Assembly: GCA_002269645.1 (NCBI GenBank)
Contig: NIVC01000553.1
Span: forward strand, 280,554-344,553
Direction of reading: 5' to 3'
DNA length: 64,000 nt
From: Macrostomum lignano
Taxonomy: Eukaryota
Below are positions 61,901 through 64,000 of the stretch, in pieces (position 1 is the first letter of the stretch; each line of letters begins with the position of its first letter). The position numbers and the translations under genes are program-made. A model generated the notes under the pieces. That model saw nothing but the letters and a program-made list of their open reading frames with translations, had not been told where the DNA came from and did no database searches.

Positions 61901-62687
61901 GAGCGCTAGTGCAACGATAGGTCTCCTCCAGGGCAAGCCTGAAGGCGGTCCAGTCGGTATTCCTAGCATTCCGTTTCCAGTAAAGCTGGCCTGCGTTACG
62001 GGCGCTGGCCAGCGTGAAAGAGATGAACTTGTGATCGGAGAGGGACGCCTCAGGAAGCACCCGCCATTCCCTAGTGCTCTGGAAGAGCCTGGGCGTGGCG
62101 AGGGTGGCATCCAGCACCTCCGATCGGCGTCCGTTATTGAAGGTAGGGGTACTACCCGAGTTACAGAACTCAAGGGTTGTAGTAGCAATATAAGCCAGGA
62201 AGTCTTCACCTCTCTGGTTTATATCAGAACTGCCCCAGTGGGTGTGGTGGGCATTGATGTCACCTGCCACGAGCAGCTCATAGTTTCTGGTGGAGCAGAG
62301 CTCGACCAGTGTGACAAGCTCTACTGGGATCATCTCGCCGTCGCCCGGTAGGTAAACCGAGGCGATGAGGGTAGTCCTCCCAGGGAGTATGTCTTCAGAC
62401 TGGATGACACAGATGTCCCTGGTGGACAGGTCTGATCTGAGCCATGCGTTAATAGAACTGGACACCATGATGCAGGATCTTGGTGCCAGGTTTCCCTCCC
62501 GGGTACCAGCGGTTAAACACTGGTAGCCGGTGGGGACATGTTGGGGGCTGCCCCTAAGCGTCCAAGGTTCCTGGATAAGGATAATCCCTGGCACGTATTG
62601 GTCAGTGTGCTTCAAGAGGTTGACTGAAGCAGCAATGCTGTGCTGCAGGTTGACCTGCAAGCAGTGGATGCCCTGGGAGACAGTCAT
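58983..62687 (-). CDS. LINE ORF2: APE endonuclease, reverse transcriptase, RNase H, CCHC (1234 aa)
   Basis: LQVNLQH, IQEPW, GDINAHH, SDH (APE); KSPGPDG, PQGGVLSP, YADD (RT); FTDGS, SVFQNEVLAI, SDSQAAL, WIPGHAGFKGNELADSLAK (RNH); CPFC...H...C. Confidence 0.96.
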   Translation of the reverse strand: MTVSQGIHCLQVNLQHSIAASVNLLKHTDQYVPGIILIQEPWTLRGSPQHVPTGYQCLTAGTREGNLAPRSCIMVSSSINAWLRSDLSTRDICVIQSEDILPGRTTLIASVYLPGDGEMIPVELVTLVELCSTRNYELLVAGDINAHHTHWGSSDINQRGEDFLAYIATTTLEFCNSGSTPTFNNGRRSEVLDATLATPRLFQSTREWRVLPEASLSDHKFISFTLASARNAGQLYWKRNARNTDWTAFRLALEETYRCTSAPVSINTCEEADEFAAALTDSLTAAFEASCPLKAYKGKQSAPWWNPQLGDLRRRAKRLHRRAQKTKNPADQTAYLNSIHEFKRQVRNAKTNKWREYCEELEGSRPTSRIVKALTLDKMSKLSSVKRADGSLTENPGETLEAMLTAFFPNEPARPGPPDHSVGGHVLADSIITEDRVTKAVSSFKPFKSPGPDGVVPAFLREAVKCTGFLRNLCRLLKACIVLGFVPKSWTEAKVVFIPKPGRPDYRSIKSFRPISLTSSLVKLLERLVLWRLLSVELKNKPLSENQHAFRAGRSTESALHVLVDMLEKAVLGNGYALAVFLDIVGAFDNVLFEAFDRALRARGTHSHLTRWIMYMISHRTATAHLLGHQRTVTVCKGSPQGGVLSPVLWNMVIDELLQDSHLDPILKVGYADDVTAVASGPSPETLRDLLQNFIRSAERWADRCGLRLSETKTVAIMFTSRVNWRIRPLKLYGVEIPSCKQTKCLGVTLDHRLSWSTHVQAKTKKALAILAQLRRAVGTTWGLTPKRLWWIYTAMVRPAVTYAGLVWTSALQIKTCHEALKKVQGRACRMILNAPLSAPFDGLNAFLCLPPLDIFVRREAAKTTRRLIEAGVSFKPQRAMAKRKLLPHSDLCLKVLEESGSAAVLSDAEPRSLNLYQRFKVTIPSRENANDSWAPQEVHCFTDGSSKDGLSGFGVCILINGRVIATHAQHTGRLSSVFQNEVLAISSCAAELHRKDFKDRRIFFHSDSQAALQALCHTTTNSRTVRDCIGQLNKLARRNTVRLTWIPGHAGFKGNELADSLAKAGCSGSPLGPVPLAPIPATVINRQINDWADILHLRRWDGISNCRQSRAAVPNPSLKLRRILLNQNRKDIRALTMTFTGHGCFARHCFLRCVRRSELCPFCSLENEDAMHFVCYCPAFNRDRLNHLGPNPSLDDVCRPENIPRLIRFLRATKRASVFPTEDNAADRTGRPP

Positions 62688-62689
62688 GT

Positions 62690-63331
62690 CTACTGTCCAG
62701 GGGAGGAGAAAAGCAACTCATTCTCAGCCTCATCGGTGAGAGTTGAGTCGCCAATTTCCATTGGCTCAGGCTCAGCCGCCTCCCCAGCCGCCGCGGAGGC
62801 GGACACGGCGCCCACGGCAGGTGAGTCACCTAGCCGCGCTACACCGCCCTCCTCCCCAGCGACTGGGGTACGGCTGCTGCCTTCGCCTTGCGCCCCGCCG
62901 TCGGGAGTCTGAGCTCGGCCGGCAGCGTCCTCCTGGTGGTAATCCCACCAGTTGGAAGGCTGAGCCGTGCCGTCGTCCAGTTCCCTCGGCTGGCTTTCAG
63001 TGTTTTTTCGAGCGGCACGAGTCTGCTCGAGGTGAAGTCTCAGAGACTGAGCTTCGTCAAGTGCGCGCTGGATTAGACCGGACCGCCGGCTACTGCGGGC
63101 GGGTCTACGTCCGCGCGAGGCGGACTCAGCAGCGCGAATAGCCTTGTTAGGCTCGGGATCGGGTTGCTGCTGCCGCTTGGCCGGCGGGGCATGAGCCCCA
63201 GCTCCGGGAGCGGCGCGCTTCCCGTCTTTCTTGGTCTCCACCTTGCCCTCCTCACAGCGGAGGATGGTCAGTTGATGGAGACCAAGGTGGAGGTTTGTGC
63301 CGTGCGGTAGCCGCTTGGCCCATCCCTCCGT
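62690..63331 (-). CDS. LINE ORF1 C-terminal fragment (open from the element 5' end; no ATG)
   Basis: Frame is open upstream of the GTG used in the ORF track (TEGWAKRLPHGTNLHLGLHQLTILR...); TAG is 2 nt before the ORF2 ATG. Confidence 0.75.
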   Translation of the reverse strand, partial: TEGWAKRLPHGTNLHLGLHQLTILRCEEGKVETKKDGKRAAPGAGAHAPPAKRQQQPDPEPNKAIRAAESASRGRRPARSSRRSGLIQRALDEAQSLRLHLEQTRAARKNTESQPRELDDGTAQPSNWWDYHQEDAAGRAQTPDGGAQGEGSSRTPVAGEEGGVARLGDSPAVGAVSASAAAGEAAEPEPMEIGDSTLTDEAENELLFSSPGQ

Positions 63332-64000
63332 CTGTTTTGAAGCTGAATAAGGCCTTCAAATTTTATTTCTATAGCTAATTATGAATGTTAGGTCAGGTCC
63401 TACATCTGCTAATAGTGAGTCCTCAAATCACTATCTTAAAAAGTTGTAAACATATTCTATTGATTATTGAATTCTGTTCTTGTCACTGTCACTTGTTGGA
63501 CTTGCATTTGACTGAAGTAGAGGTGCCTCAGTAACAACCGTGATTGGATCTGCGCACACTCGCTTGCCCTGTTTGGCAGCCTGCCAGCGGATTACACACG
63601 GCAGAGGGTACAGTATAGCTCCGCTGAGTAGCATGCAGGCGCCGCTAACCATGTAGGACGCGTTAAATGAGTGCGTTCTGTCGAATATGGCGCCTGGGGT
63701 TGTTTGGACAAGCTTTGTTTTGCATTTCAGATGTTAAAACAATTATACAATGCTATTTAACTCTTAAATTCAGTGTTCGCAATGTAATGTACATTCTCTG
63801 AAATTATCGATCACTATCTTAATTCTTTTTTCTATCCCTCCGCCTCACAAAATTTTTAGTTTTAAAACTAGCAACAAATATGCACGCGACACTTTACATG
63901 CTATCGATTATATTCAGTTTGGAAAGGAGAGGCGTCGCTGGGTAGACCCTATTTTGCACATAATGGCCGCATACTAGATTCCACTAAACTAAGCGAAAAT

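Larger units (their letters stand above)
58871..63332 (-). mobile_element. Non-LTR retrotransposon with RNase H (LOA/R1/I-group-like), 5'-truncated, 4462 bp
   Basis: Perfect 14-bp TSD TGTTTTGAAGCTGA (58857-58870, 63333-63346); 3' tail CTAAGTCAAGTAAGTCAAAG; ORF1 fragment plus intact ORF2. Confidence 0.95.

Noticed and set aside
59124-62912. Multiple overlapping + and - strand ORFs within the LINE
   Set aside because: Shadow ORFs of a GC-rich coding sequence.

Overview
Eukaryotic (invertebrate animal) genomic DNA, extremely rich in tandem repeats. GC-rich exons with poly-Gln/Ala, an innexin gene and satellite-filled introns suggest a flatworm such as Macrostomum (inference only). Host genes: an intronless biogenic-amine GPCR (3588-5081, -), a 4-exon innexin (39311-44969, +), a convergent 4-exon low-complexity orphan gene (57267-47096, -), a PAGR1/PA1-like ORF and a small putative membrane protein. 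Mobile DNA: an RNase H-bearing LINE with intact ORF2 and a 14-bp TSD, a nearly intact mariner, a tRNA-derived SINE, Gypsy and LINE relics, and a Helitron-like element enclosing a composite satellite. The most unusual item is a hAT-type MITE family (two copies, each with an 8-bp TSD) carrying a fragment of the 28S rRNA H69-H71 / R2 / I-PpoI target region, with mismatches clustered at the cleavage site. Also notable: a tandemly amplified innexin splice donor, a 6.6-kb two-state 24-bp satellite whose variants each perfect a different palindrome, and a 3' motif shared by the SINE and the LINE. All identifications are by eye and from recalled family motifs; no database search was run.
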